Assembly (NCBI RefSeq): GCF_009914755.1
Contig: NC_060926.1
Length of the DNA stretch: 64,000 nt
DNA from: the human T2T-CHM13v2.0 reference genome, Homo sapiens
Strand: one strand, 5' to 3'
The position numbers were made by a program, and so were the translations under genes. Position 1 is the first letter of the stretch, and the number at the start of each line of letters is the position of its first letter. Positions 12,936 to 32,322 of this stretch are shown piece by piece. Under the pieces are notes generated by a model, which saw nothing but the letters and a program-made list of their open reading frames with translations, did not search any database and was not told the origin of the DNA.

Positions 12936-13385
12936 TGTCTATCAGTCATGGTCCAAATAGGAGACAGAAACCATTCCAGTTATTTCAACAATATGATAAA
13001 AAGAATTACTGACACAGTAACCAAAAAAGCAAAAAACCCACACAAGAATTAAGGAAGTAGCAACTTCCAGAAGTGCTCTAAGGATGGGTGTTGCTCACCT
13101 GGTCCTGGGTCTTTGAGCCCATCATGAAGCTGGTTCTGAGCAGGTCAGAAATGGCAGCTGGGATCACATGCAGCTGTGAGAGCAAACTGCTGCAGCAGTG
13201 CTGACAGGAACGGGAAGGAGCACGCCCCTTCTTCCTGCAGCATGGAAGCTTCCCTCTACTGGAAAAATCCAACAGGATGCCAGCTGCGAAGCAGAGATGT
13301 TTGCAGAGTTCTGTCGCTGGTATCACAAAAGCAGAGCTAAAAAGAGCGGGTGTGGAACTGAGAGACGAGCTTCCTAACTGGCACA
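12936..13385 (-). mobile_element. Old ERVL-class LTR (probable 3' LTR)
   Basis: Minus strand starts TGTGCCAG and ends ...GTTTCTGTCTCC...GACCATGACTGATA, typical of ERVL LTR ends; lies 3' of pol-like relics. Confidence 0.55.
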
Positions 13386-13715
13386 GCCCCTGTTAGCCAC
13401 TCAGCATCTGCACACAGCCTTCTACACCTTTGAACTTCTGTCCCACCACAAAAGCAATTCTTTGTGCCCAAGGAGATGTAATTAATTGGAAGCTGTTACC
13501 CTCTCTCAAAAATGAGGACATGTAAAGCTCACCAGTCACTGTCAATCTCTGAGCTGTGTTGACTCTTCTAATTCAGTTTCAATCCCATCTGAATAGAATA
13601 CAGAACAAGAGAATGGTACCTAAACACTAAAGGGTAAAGTTTACTTCCAGCAAAAATTGCATGAAATAATGAGAGAAGAAAATTGTGCACATAACAAGCA
13701 AGAATATGTACATCA

Positions 13716-14034
<319 letters not shown>

Positions 14035-14289
14035 TCATGAGGCTGTAGTTATGTATCACTTTCTTTTCCACTGCCTATTCTGTATTTCCTTTGCCCTCAC
14101 CCAGGATCTCCGCTGGTCAGGATTCTTTTTTTGGTATGGTTGATCCAAACCTTTATTCCTAGGGTGTCTGAATTAGTTGTCCTTCCTTTGTTACAGTCTT
14201 TCGTTTTTGCTATTTGTAAGAGGGACCTCAGAAAAGTATGGATTCTAGACAGTTCTCCCTGCCCCTAGTATGCAGCAGCATTTGTTTCC

Positions 14290-14880
14290 CCTTGGTAATA
14301 CACCCGAGTCAGTAAACCCCTTATTTGCTTGTTGGTTCAGTGCCCAGAAGGGCCCAAAACAGCAGGTGAGCCTCAATGTACAATTCAGTGAGCTGTTGTC
14401 TTGTGTTCCCCGGAAGCATTCCTCCTGTAAAAACCAAGCCCTCCAAACCAGTAGAACTCCAGTTGAGGGGACAGGTGAGAGGAACCACTCCTACTTCTAT
14501 CCCTTGATTCCTGGACCCGTGAATCCTGGTTATAGGAGAGACAACACATGCAAAGCAGAACCTTGGGGGCAGCACCCAAAAGTTGTCTCCCAAGTGGTGC
14601 TGTAACGGAGTCTTCACGAGGCCGTTTCACTCTAATGTTTGTCCAGCTGCTTCCTCCTGCTGAGATACGTGGTATGACTGTGATTACCTGGTCACAAGCC
14701 CATTGCCTCACTTTCTTTGCTGTGAAATTTGTTTCTTGATTAAAAGCAATATTGAATACATGCTGGTGAATAAGGCATTCCATTAGTCCACGGGTGATCA
14801 TGCTGGGAGAAGCAGGAAACGCAAATTCACATATAGAATATGCATTATTTACCTGGTTTGCCAAACGGCAATGGAACCTC
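14290..14880 (-). mobile_element. Degenerate ERVL internal region: integrase core and dUTPase-like relic
   Basis: Minus frames give YSICEFAFPA..TRGLMECLIHQH..IAFNQETNFTAKKVRQWA and VSPITRIHGSRNQGIEVGVVPLT..GLEGLVFTGGMLPG, resembling HERV-L/MuERV-L pol C-terminal motifs; frameshifted. Confidence 0.8.
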
Positions 14881-15554
14881 CAGTTCCTCCAATGGAGCTA
14901 ATCCAGCACCACTCTCACTTTTTTGGAGCTGTGTCCCCCGGCTACCTGGATGGTCACATTCTTTGGTATTTCTCATCTCATGTGATTGCCCGTGGTCCCC
15001 AGGTCTGCTTTCCCTTGATTGCAGTCTTGTCTGATGTCAGTTGAAAGCCTCAGCCAAATCCTGTGCTCCAGGCCTATTTCCATGAGACCTCTAACAGCTT
15101 CCCGTCAAGATCGTTTTGACTCAAATAACTTAGAAAAAAAAAAAAGTCTCCATTCCAACAATTTGTAGAAGTACAGCGCACTGATGGGTCACCTGCAAGA
15201 GAGCAGGGTCCACAGGAGGCCCCTGCAGCCCTCAGAATGTCCAGCACACTGTTACCTCCCATCCAGTGGGCTGGCCAGTGTGGCAGGTCGGGTGAGTGGG
15301 AGATGAATAGGAAGCTATAGGCTGTTCCCTTGAGGAGCTCGCAGTCCAAAGGGGAGAAGAAGGAATGCAGCAAATAGAGGCAAGAAGGCCTCCAAGAGGA
15401 TTGGTGGCTCAGGTGTAGTCCATGTGGGCCAAGTCCAGTGGGCAGGTGACCTTTGCTCACCTGGACTCCAGAAGTACAGACATGAGGCCAGTGGGCTTCA
15501 TGCTGGAGATGTTGCCTATGGGTGAGAGTAGTATCGTATGTAGTAAAGTGTACC

Positions 15555-15740
15555 ATTTATTGAAAACTGCTAGACACTAAAATTACATGCATATTTCATT
15601 TAAATCTCACAAGAGCCCTGTGGGTTCCCCATTTCACAAATGAAGAAACAGGCAGAGGTTAACACAGAAAGTCACTCACCATGTAAGGGCAGAGATGGGA
15701 CTTGACTTAGAATTCCAGAGCTCTTAAGCCTGCCACACTG
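15555..15740 (-). mobile_element. MIR
   Basis: CATTTAAATCTCACAA...CCCATTTCACAAATGAAGAAACAGGC core. Confidence 0.7.
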
Positions 15741-16117
15741 ATAGATTATAGCTCACCTAGTCTGCAAGTCATTATTTTGATTGTTGGGAAAGAGGGCTTC
15801 GGAACAGATGAGGGCCGGTAGCTCCAAAATGACTCTTGCTGCTGCAGTGTGATCCTAGTAGATCAGAGGCCCCACCCCACTGGCCAAGGAGGATCAAGAG
15901 CCATGAGCAAGGCAGCTCCCCCTGGGGCTCTGGGAATGGCCAAGAGGGCACAGGGATTTGCCAGCAAGGTGACATTTTCTGTCCTTTCCCCTAATCCCAC
16001 ACCCTCCTCCTGGCCTGAGTATTGGCCTTACCCTAAATCATGGCATGTAGGTTCCAGGCGTCTCTGTTCCCTATTTCCACAACCAGACTTCCTTAAAGTC
16101 CCTCTGCACCAACCCCC

Positions 16118-16120
<3 letters not shown>

Positions 16121-16157
<37 letters not shown>

Positions 16158-16420
16158 ATTGTTTATGGAGGTCCCTGGCGGGGTTTTGCATTGTTCCCCA
16201 GACTGGTCTTGAACTTGAACTCCTGGCCTCAAGTGATTCTCCTGCCTCAAGCTCCCAAAGCTGGGGTTACATACAGGCATGAGGCACTGTGCCTGGCCTC
16301 ATTTAAAAAAAAAATTTAAGGTGAGGTCTTGGTGTGTAGCGCAGGCTGTATTTGAGTGATCCTCTGGCATCAGCCTGCTGAGTCGCGGGGATTATAGGCA
16401 CATGCTGCCATGCCTGGCTC
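16121..16420 (-). mobile_element. Poly-T plus two Alu monomer fragments
   Basis: Reverse Alu arm sequences after a long T run. Confidence 0.75.
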
Positions 16421-18065
16421 TGCCCAAATTATTCTCTCCACATTTGTCCAGCGGGCCCAGTCAGACCCTCTCCGTGAACTGTATGGGAAGTAAAACTCCC
16501 ACGCTGAGAGCAAAACTTCCCTTTCTCCATCTCACCCAGCCTCTTCCTTGTACTAAACATAGACAATAGTATTTCACACCAGGGCCTGCCCTCTACCTTG
16601 ACGTCTCTGTGAGGAGGCAGGGGAGGAATGCTCAGAGCACCTTCTACCTGCCATCCTCCACCCTTTCAGTCAGGACCCTGAATGGACAGAGAGAGGGGCA
16701 TCAAGGCCTTGTCCCCTGTGAGCCCAAGAAGGCAGGTAGGTTAATCCAACATCCCCCTCCAGGTGACTTTCCTCCTGTCCCTGACAAGAGGACTGTTAAC
16801 GTTGACCCAAGAGCCAGAGCCCTGCCCTGTGGCCTCGTGTGCTCTTTGCAGGGTCCTAGCCCCCCGACCCCCATCAGGATGCTTCCAGAACATGGTAAGA
16901 GCCCCTGCAGAGGCTGAGCTCATCTGTGGCCGGGCTGGCCGGGCACCACCCAGCACCAGGCTCCTGGAAGGGTTTGGAGGTCCAGCCTCCCACCCCATGC
17001 TCTCTGGCTCGCAGTGCCCACCATGCCCTGGCTCCAGCCACCCTGGCTGACTCACTGCCAGGCTCCTTTGCTGTCATCAGTTCTGCTGCAGGTTCACCTC
17101 AGCTCACTCCCGTCCCACCCACAGGCGCACGCGCACCTCTGTCTCCTGACCAGTTCCCACTTTATCTCCGAGTGATGTCCAAGACCCTTTTACAGAGGAC
17201 AGGTGGCTGGTCCCTCCTATGTGACAGAATGGCCAGTGGCCCTCAGAGGAGACCCTGCTCCTCAACTTAGCACAGTGCTTCTTGGGAGGTTCTAATGGGC
17301 AGCCCAGGTCAGGACTATGATCTTGGAGAGACCCTCCTTCATTACTGCCCCTGGACCTATGCCCTGGCCTCCTTGGACAACTTCACACACACACATCCCT
17401 AGTATCTTCCCCACATCTAATCAATGTGCTCCTGCCCCCTGCAACATCCTCACCAGCCCCAGCCCATGTCGTGCTCACGCCATTGAGCCTGGCACTGTTG
17501 AAGGACCTCACGTGCTTCTTCATTGAAAGCCCTGCCACATCAGTTTTGACTAGATTTCCCGGGGTTCCGCAGATACATCCTTGTCCCCTGCTGTCATGCC
17601 ATTCATTCCCTGCTGTAGAAGGCCCTCACTCCACCCTTCACCCTGCCCACCTCCACCACCCTTCACATATTGCCTCTTCCAGGCAGCCCCTGGTCCCCTC
17701 CTGCCCTAATCATGGGCACCTCCTATTTTCCCACAGCACTAGGCCCAAGAGACTGGAACTGCAGGTGTCCTTATCTGTTCTGGCTGCTGGGATAGGTTCC
17801 AGGAAGGCAGGGGCCACACCTCCCTCATCTCTGAACAGGCCTGGCATGGATGCTGGCTGCGGAGAAATTCCTGCCAAAAGCAGATTTATAAAATGCCTTA
17901 GTCATCGTGTGCTGTTCCATCCAGCACTGCCTCTCGCTGAAGAACTCATTTCACAGCAAATGAAGTGCAGCAGTGGGCTTGAAGGAAACCTAAATATTTC
18001 TCTCTAAAATACTGAGTATTACATAAGCGTAAAACACTACATAAATAAACTAATTAAAATACTGC

Positions 18066-18390
18066 CGGCCAGGCGCGGTAGCTCACACCTGTAATCCCAG
18101 CACTTTGGGAGGCCGAGGCAGGCGGATCACCTGAGCTCAGACATTTGAAACCAGCCTGGCCAACGTAGCCAAGCTCTACTAAAAATACAAAAATTAGCCG
18201 GGCGTGATGGCTCATGCCTGTAATCCCAACTACTTGGGAGGCTGAGGCAGGAGAATCACCTGAACCCAGGAGGCAGAGGTTGCAGTAGCCAAGATCGTGC
18301 CACTGCACTCCAGCCTGGGCTACAGAGTGAGACTCCATTTCTAAATGAATAAATTAATTAACAAATTAATTAACAAATAAATAAATAATA
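18066..18390 (+). mobile_element. AluS
   Basis: Dimer with (AAAT)n-like tail. Confidence 0.92.
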
Positions 18391-18396
18391 AAACAC

Positions 18397-19200
<804 letters not shown>

Positions 19201-19360
19201 GCTCATGTTTATGGAGGTCCCTGGTCTTACTGGTACCCCATCATCCTAAAGCGGGAATGTGAGAGCTACTGACCTCTATGATTGAGTTTTGTTCACTGAT
19301 AATTAATAAATTATTGCTATTTGTAGCATTTCACAGATCGTTTGCTTGCATTTGCCAGGG

Positions 19361-19680
19361 GTGTGTGTGTGTGTGTGTGTGTGTGTGTATTTTTTTTTTT
19401 AACATAGTCTTGCTCTGTCCCCCAGGCTGCAGTACAGTGGTAGCACCTTGGCTCACTGCAGTCTCCACCTCTTGGGTTTAAGGGATCCTCCCACTTCAGC
19501 CTCTGGAGTAGCTGGGATTACAAGCGCACACCACCACACTCAGCTAATTTTGTATTTTTTGTAGAGATGAAGTCTCACTATGTCGCCCAGGCTGGTCTGG
19601 AACCTCCTGCACTCACGTAATCCTCCCACCTCAGCCTCCCAAAGAGCTGGGATTACGGGTGCGAGCCACCATGCCTGGCT
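19361..19680 (-). mobile_element. (TG)n followed by AluJ
   Basis: Direct read; diverged reverse Alu. Confidence 0.88.
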
Positions 19681-19924
19681 TTATAATCTTATTATCTTCA
19701 AATTATGAAGGTTTTACTTTCTCCTTTCCAACTTTCCTATCTCTGTTTTCTTTGCCTTACCTTATTGTGTGGGTTAGCACCTCCGGTACATTGTTGATTT
19801 ACGCTGGTAACAGTGGGCGTGCTGTCTTGTTCCTAACTTGGTGGGAATGCCTCTAGGAGTCCCCATTAAAGACAATGCTGGTTTTGGAGCTGAAATGTAT
19901 TCTGTCCTGTTAAAGAAGAGAAGA

Positions 19925-20220
<296 letters not shown>

Positions 20221-20289
20221 AAGAGAAGAAAAGATTTAAAAGTTGTATGGGAGAGTATATGGATGTACCATCTTTTTGTAACCTAATTT

Positions 20290-20462
20290 TTCTTAAGAGA
20301 TGAGATCGAGGTCTCGCTAATGTTGCCCAGGCTGGAGTACAGTGGCTATTCACGGGCATGACCATCGTGCACGACAGCATTGAACTCCCAGGCTCTAGCA
20401 ATATTCCTACCTCAGTCTCCCAAGTAGCTAGGGTTACAGGGGTTCCCCTTTGTGCCTGGCCC
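20290..20462 (-). mobile_element. FAM (fossil Alu monomer)
   Basis: CAGTGGCTATTCAC 7SL-like signature, single arm. Confidence 0.7.
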
Positions 20463-20588
20463 CATCTACTGATTTCATGAACATTTCGATTGTTTCCAGT
20501 ATTTTGCTGAAAGAAGTGAATGGCTTGGTATATATACCCATCATTTTGCATTTGTAGGATCAGTTCTAGAACTGGAATTGTTGGGCTG

Positions 20589-21005
20589 TGTGATGGTTAA
20601 TTTCATGTGTTAACTTGACTGGGCCAAGGAATGACCACATAGCTGGTAAAACACGATTTCTGGGTGTGTCTGTGAGGATGTTTCTGGAGAAGATGAAGAT
20701 TGGAGTTGATAGACTAAGTGAAGATTCACCCTCACCAGTGTAGGTGGGCATCATCCATCCATTAAGAGCTGAACAGAACAAAAAGGCAGAGTAGGGGCAA
20801 ACTTGCTTTGTCTTCTTGAGCTGGGATATCCATCTTCTCCTGCCCTCCAACACTGGAGCTCCTGGTTCTCGATCCTGGTTCTCAGGCTTTAAGACTCAGA
20901 CTGCATTTCCCAGGCCCTCCAGCTTGCAGGCGGCAGATGGTGGGACTTCTCAGCCTCCGTAATCACCTGAGCCAATTCCCATAATAAATCTCCTCATATA
21001 TATAC
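20589..21005 (+). mobile_element. MLT2-family ERVL LTR, inserted within old antisense L1 fragments
   Basis: Starts TGTGATGGTTAATTTCATGTGTTAACTTGACTGG; AGCCAATTCCCATAATAAATCTC near its end. Confidence 0.85.
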
Positions 21006-23019
21006 ATATATGCTGGGTCAAAGAGTACATGATATTTGATTTGATAAATATTGCCAAATTGCTCCCCAGGTTACGCTCTCACCAGCAATGCATGTGTTTT
21101 ATCTCAGCTCCACAAAGAGAATATATTATAAAATTTAGATTTGTGCTAATCCGATAGGTAAAAAATGATATTTCAATGTCATTCTTTTTATGAGTGAAAT
21201 TGAGTTTCTTTTCATATATTTAAGGACAATTTGTGTTGGGTTTTCTGTTCGTAACTTGACAATTTTTCTATTGAGTTGGTGGTCTTTTTCTTATTGACTA
21301 ACGGGAGTATTTTATATATTAAGGAGATTATCCCTTTGTTTGTAATATGAGCTTGACCAGAGCAGGAACCAACACAATCAAATGAGGAGTCCCGGATGGC
21401 TTACCCAATGTTATAGGATGAGGCCTTTACCGTGCTGGTGGCTGAGGGTGGGCGAGAGAGTCAAAGATGAGTTGTATCTGAACAGGAAAACCTGTTGTTC
21501 TGCAGGCAAGCTTGGCTCTAAAGTGGCTGCCTATATAAGTTATTTTGGAGCCTCCAGGATATAAGCAGCCCAGGTACCAAGAAGGTGATGCAAGCATTTT
21601 GCCTCTCCTCCTAGTGGGAGGAGTTCCAGCTGCCTCCTGCTGGTGGGGACTGATGACCTGTCCAGCTCCACTGTCTCTTGTCCCTCTGGACTGGGTGAAT
21701 GAGGATTCTGGCCATGAATTGCTGATTTGCTTAGTTCTGTCCTCCGTCTAATGAGCATTATCTTCTATGGACAGTCCTTTGCTCTGGTCTGCTGGGGTGT
21801 CAGGTGATTTTATTTGCTCTCCTTGAAATCACTGACCAGCAGCACTGCAAGTGTTCTTTCCAAGCTTGTCTTGTTTTGCCCAACGTGTTTTTGCATCCAA
21901 AGTCTTGTTGCTATGTATCTGAATGAATCAGTCTTTCTTTTTATGGCTTCTGGAGACTGACTCATACTTGAAAGCCCTTTCCTGTAAAACCTGGATCTAT
22001 TTATAGAGAAGACTAAAGGTTTGAAAGAGCCATAGGGCAGGGGGTGGGGAGATGGAAACCCACTACACCTGCACACAAGGATGCTCGGGGAGTGCCGAGG
22101 GCATGGATTGGTGGCTCAAACCAGGAAGGAACTAATCCAGTCTGGATCCCCAGGTTCAGGAATTGGCAGAGCTGGTGGGCTGGAGACAGAGGGCACAAGC
22201 TGGAGAAGGCCCCAGTCACGGTACCTGAAGTGATTGGCCAAGGGGCCTCAGCAGGTGAGGGAGGTTATGGCAGTGTAACAGGGAGGGTTAGGGGTTCTGG
22301 GGGCCCTAGTGAGGCAAACAGCAGGTAGCATAAGAGTCAGAGAAGAAGATGACTAGAAGGAAAGTGATTCCAGAAAAAGCAACTTCAGGTGATGGCAAAG
22401 GCCAGAGGACAAGCACGGGAGAGGATGGCTGGTAGGCCGGATGCTTTAGGCCAAGGAACCACGAAGGCAGGGAGGTATGGGTCCGGGATGTCTCCCAGGA
22501 TGATGACGTGTTGAAGCTCAAAGGAAGACCAAAGCCAGGGTTAAAGCCCGCCATCACCATCGCTTAGCTCAGCACAGCTTAGTCCCGATGGTGCCTTATA
22601 ATCGGCAGGGTCTGGACCCGGCACTCATGATTCCAGTGTCAGCTGCAGTTATAAATTGCTGTCCTAACTTATGTCCCTGTTAAGCTTTCCACTGAAGTAA
22701 GGAGCATGAATTAAATGCAAGAGACCCTGTCAGTTCATCTTAGGCCTAACCACATGGACTTCCTAGCCTTTTCCTGGTGCCTCAACAATCACAGGGCAGC
22801 CCAGTGCAGGTGCAGGTGCTAACAGCCCAGACCCGATTTCCTAGTCCCGGCTCTGTTTCTGCTTAGTTGACATCACTTGCAGCCTCAGGGCGGATCCAGG
22901 ATGAGCTTGGGCGCAGAAGGGTCATTCTGGCAGCACATCAGCTCATCTTGATGAGTCCAGTGTCAAGCAGCAAAATGCCTGCCAGGTCAAGGGTACGTGG
23001 AGATGAAAGACTCTGAAGT

Positions 23020-27122
<4,103 letters not shown>

Positions 27123-27337
27123 CTAAAGCAGGGCCTGGGTTCCTGCTCTCCGAACTGGCTCCATTAGTACCGGCACCAGGGCATTGTTGGCTGACAGGCC
27201 TCTTATTCAGGGAGAGTCTGCCTTTTGCTCCACCCCCCAGGCTCCATCTACCCCTCCGCATGTCCTGAGTCAGCATAGAGCCTGCAGGTAGGTGAGAGCC
27301 TGCAGGTGCTTTAGCCCCTACCATCTAGGCAAGCTCA

Positions 27338-27727
<390 letters not shown>

Positions 27728-29391
27728 CTATGAGGCCTGATAGGATCCCCACTTCCCTGATATGTGGCAGGGTGCACACTAAGCAGGAGGAGAAGCGGTG
27801 GGACCCAAAGTGTCAGGTGGTAAAGAGAGGGACCCCACAGAGGAGATGGGCAGTCCCGAGAGTGGAAGGCATGGCCTACTTTGCCCATCAGGGAACCCCT
27901 CTCGACCCCCCACCTTGGGTGGGCTCTGGGTGGTCCACACACGACAGGTGGCTAGAGTCCAAAATAAGGGGAGAACTGCCTCCAGCTCTGGGTCACTGGT
28001 GAGCCACAGCTAATGGTCAGACTGTCCCCTCCCAGGTCAAGGGCATGCTAAGGTGGTGACGGGTCAACCAAATCATGGAAAAAAGTTCGAAAAAAGGCAC
28101 CACACCAATCCTAGGCTGACTCTCTAGGACAACTGTTGCTAAGATGCCAGTCCAGAATGAGCTGAGGCTTGCAAAAACCACCAAGGGCAGTACTGTATCT
28201 TTTAATTGATGATCAGAGCATAAAAGAACAAGAGGCAATTGATGTGAGATTAACACAGGCAGACAAATTGCCTTCCCTGTTGGAAAATGGGTCATCAGTG
28301 TGGAAAGGGCGGGCTGCTCAGCATGGTGCAGACGAGAAGTCATGCCTGGGAAATCATGGGTCCCAGCACTAACCCAGGTGGGAAAAGCTACACCCAATTC
28401 TCCAGAAGTGGGGAGGGGGTGTCAGCTACCTCTCCAGGGGCTTCTGCTCAGTGATCCAGCGGAAGATCTGAGGTCTCGGAGGCACCCCACCAGTACCACC
28501 CACAGCACAGCTGAGGCCCTGAACCCCTCTAGCCCTGAGAAGGGAACAGTGCCAGAGGAATGGTTTCAAATATCTAAATGATCAATCATGGAAAATGGCC
28601 TTGTGTGTGGAACTAGCACCTCTGGGTAGAAGTTACAGTGATGAGGCTTTAGGTTTAAGAAAAGCTCCCGGACCATTTGAGCTGTCTAAAAATGGAGTGG
28701 CTGGCTCAGGCGCTGCAGGTGAAGAAGCAGAGCCCGGAAGGTCACCTGTTAGGGGATTTGCTGAGATGCCAGTGGTAGACCCAAGGGTAGGCCAGATGAC
28801 CTTTAAGGCCCTATTCAGTCATGAGATCTGAGGGTCTCAGAACCGAGACTGGGGGGAGCTTAACAGCCCCCTCTCCGGCAGCTACCCCAGCCCTGGGAAT
28901 GCAGTGGTGTCAAAGGGGCTGTCGCAGCTGGTGACTTAGGCCCTGGCACCAGTGGCAACCTGGCAGACTGCCGGTTTGGCCCGGAAGGTGCTAAAGATCC
29001 CAGCTCTGAGCCCCTGGCCTCCTGGGAAATGTGAGCAGCTTATGGATAAAAGGATAGCTCTGTCTAGCTTCCCAGACCGCAGCTGCCAGGATGGGGCCAA
29101 AAGGGGTGATTTGACCATCCACAAGCTAGACAGGAAATCCCTCAAGACACAGGTCAACATGAAGGGACATCAGATCCCAGCGGCTCCTGCACCTGTCCCA
29201 CCCCCGCCCTATCTCCCAGGACCCAGGGCTCCAGCTAAGCACCTCCTGTGGCCATCATCCTTCTGCAGCCCCCTCCGCCAGGCAGCCTGGCGCCTCGCCC
29301 CCTCCCATGGAATGTCCTGCTCTACTCACTTCCCCACCTCACCAGGTGGCCCCAGCGCCGGCATTCAATGCCTCCTCTCCCTGCAAAACTG

Positions 29392-29672
29392 TTTTTTTGA
29401 GATGGAGTCTCACTCTGTTGCCCAGGCTGGAGTGCAGTGGTGTAATCTTGGCTCAATGCAATCTCCGCCTCCCAATTCAAGCGATTCTCCTGCCTCAGCC
29501 TCGCGAGTAGCTGTGATTACAGGCATGCACCACCACGCCCAGCTAATTTTTAGTAGAGAAGGTGTTTTGCCATGTTGGCCAGGCTGGTCTCGAACTCCTG
29601 ACCTCAGGTGACCTGCCCACCTCAGCCTCCCAAAGTGCTAGGATTACAGGCATGAGCCACCACTCCTGACCA
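29392..29672 (-). mobile_element. AluS
   Basis: Reverse dimer. Confidence 0.92.
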
Positions 29673-29729
29673 ACTTTGTTTCCTTTCTAAATGAAGGACT
29701 TTTTTCCTATTTCAAAAACAAGACAAAAA

Positions 29730-30140
29730 TTAGACAAACTACAAATTAGACAAACTATGATACATTCATACAATGGAATATTATTCAGTGATTAAAAAGA
29801 AATGAGCCATCAAGCTATGAAAGGACGGGGAGGAAATGTAAATGCATAATGCTACGTGAAAAAAGCCAATCTGAAAAGGCCCCATTCTGTATGACTCCAG
29901 CGGTGACATTCTGGAAAAGGTAAAACTATGGAGACACTATGATCCAGTGGTTGCTGGAAATTGGGGAGAGGGAGAGAGAGATGAACAGGTAAAGCACTAG
30001 ATTTTTAGGGCAGGGAAACTATTATTCTGTATGCGACTATAAGGGTGGGTACATGTCATTGTCCATTTCTCAAAACTCACAGAATGTGCAACGCAAGCAG
30101 CGAAGCCTCATGTAAACTAGGGGCTTTAGTTAGTGATGGA
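29730..30140 (+). mobile_element. Old L1M 3' fragment
   Basis: CATACAATGGAATATTATTCAG...GTGAAAAAAGCCAATCTGAAAAGGC. Confidence 0.75.
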
Positions 30141-30149
30141 GCATCAGCA

Positions 30150-31905
<1,756 letters not shown>

Positions 31906-32128
31906 GAATATTTTCTTCCTACTGCACTCTCAACAATACAAAATCTTCTATGACCTCGGGTTATCAAGAAATGTGTGTGAATTTCTCCCCACCAAAAACC
32001 AATCAATTGGCTGGGTGTGGCAGCTCACCCTTGTAATCCCAGCATTTTGGGAGGCTGAGGTGGGAGGATTGCTTGAACCCAGAAGCTTGAGACCAGCCTG
32101 GGCAACAAAGTGAGACCCCATCTCTATT

Positions 32129-32322
32129 AAAAAAAAAAAAAAGAAGAAAGAAGAAGAAGAAGAAGAAGAAGAGGAGGAGGAGGAGGAGGTGGAAGGAGGA
32201 AGGAAGAAGAAGAGGAGGAGGAAAGAGGAGGAAGGAGGAGGAGGAAGAAAGAAGAGGAAGAAGAAGAAATGAAGAAGAAAGAAGGAAGAGGAGGAGGAGA
32301 AGGAGGAAGAGAAGAAGAAAAA
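32129..32322 (+). repeat. Homopurine (GAA)n/(GGA)n tract grown from a FLAM tail (32009-32128)
   Basis: ~194 bp with only two pyrimidines (T32190, T32270). Confidence 0.95.

Noticed and set aside
16852-16894. Plus-strand exon-like segment (CTCTTTGCAG|...ATG|GTAAGA, 43 nt)
   Set aside because: Lies beyond the EIF4E2 poly(A) signal, is not 3n and has no partner exon or recognisable peptide; compatible with a chance pseudo-exon
21540-22985. Further faint photolyase-like peptide fragments (e.g. HWTHQDE vs YWMSRDQ)
   Set aside because: Similar-quality matches appear on both strands and need several indels; indistinguishable from chance by eye
28952-29611. 219-aa ORF
   Set aside because: Non-ATG start, low-complexity middle and Alu-derived C-terminus
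29727-29758. 16-bp tandem duplication AAATTAGACAAACTA(C/T)
   Set aside because: Trivial slippage at the edge of an old L1 fragment
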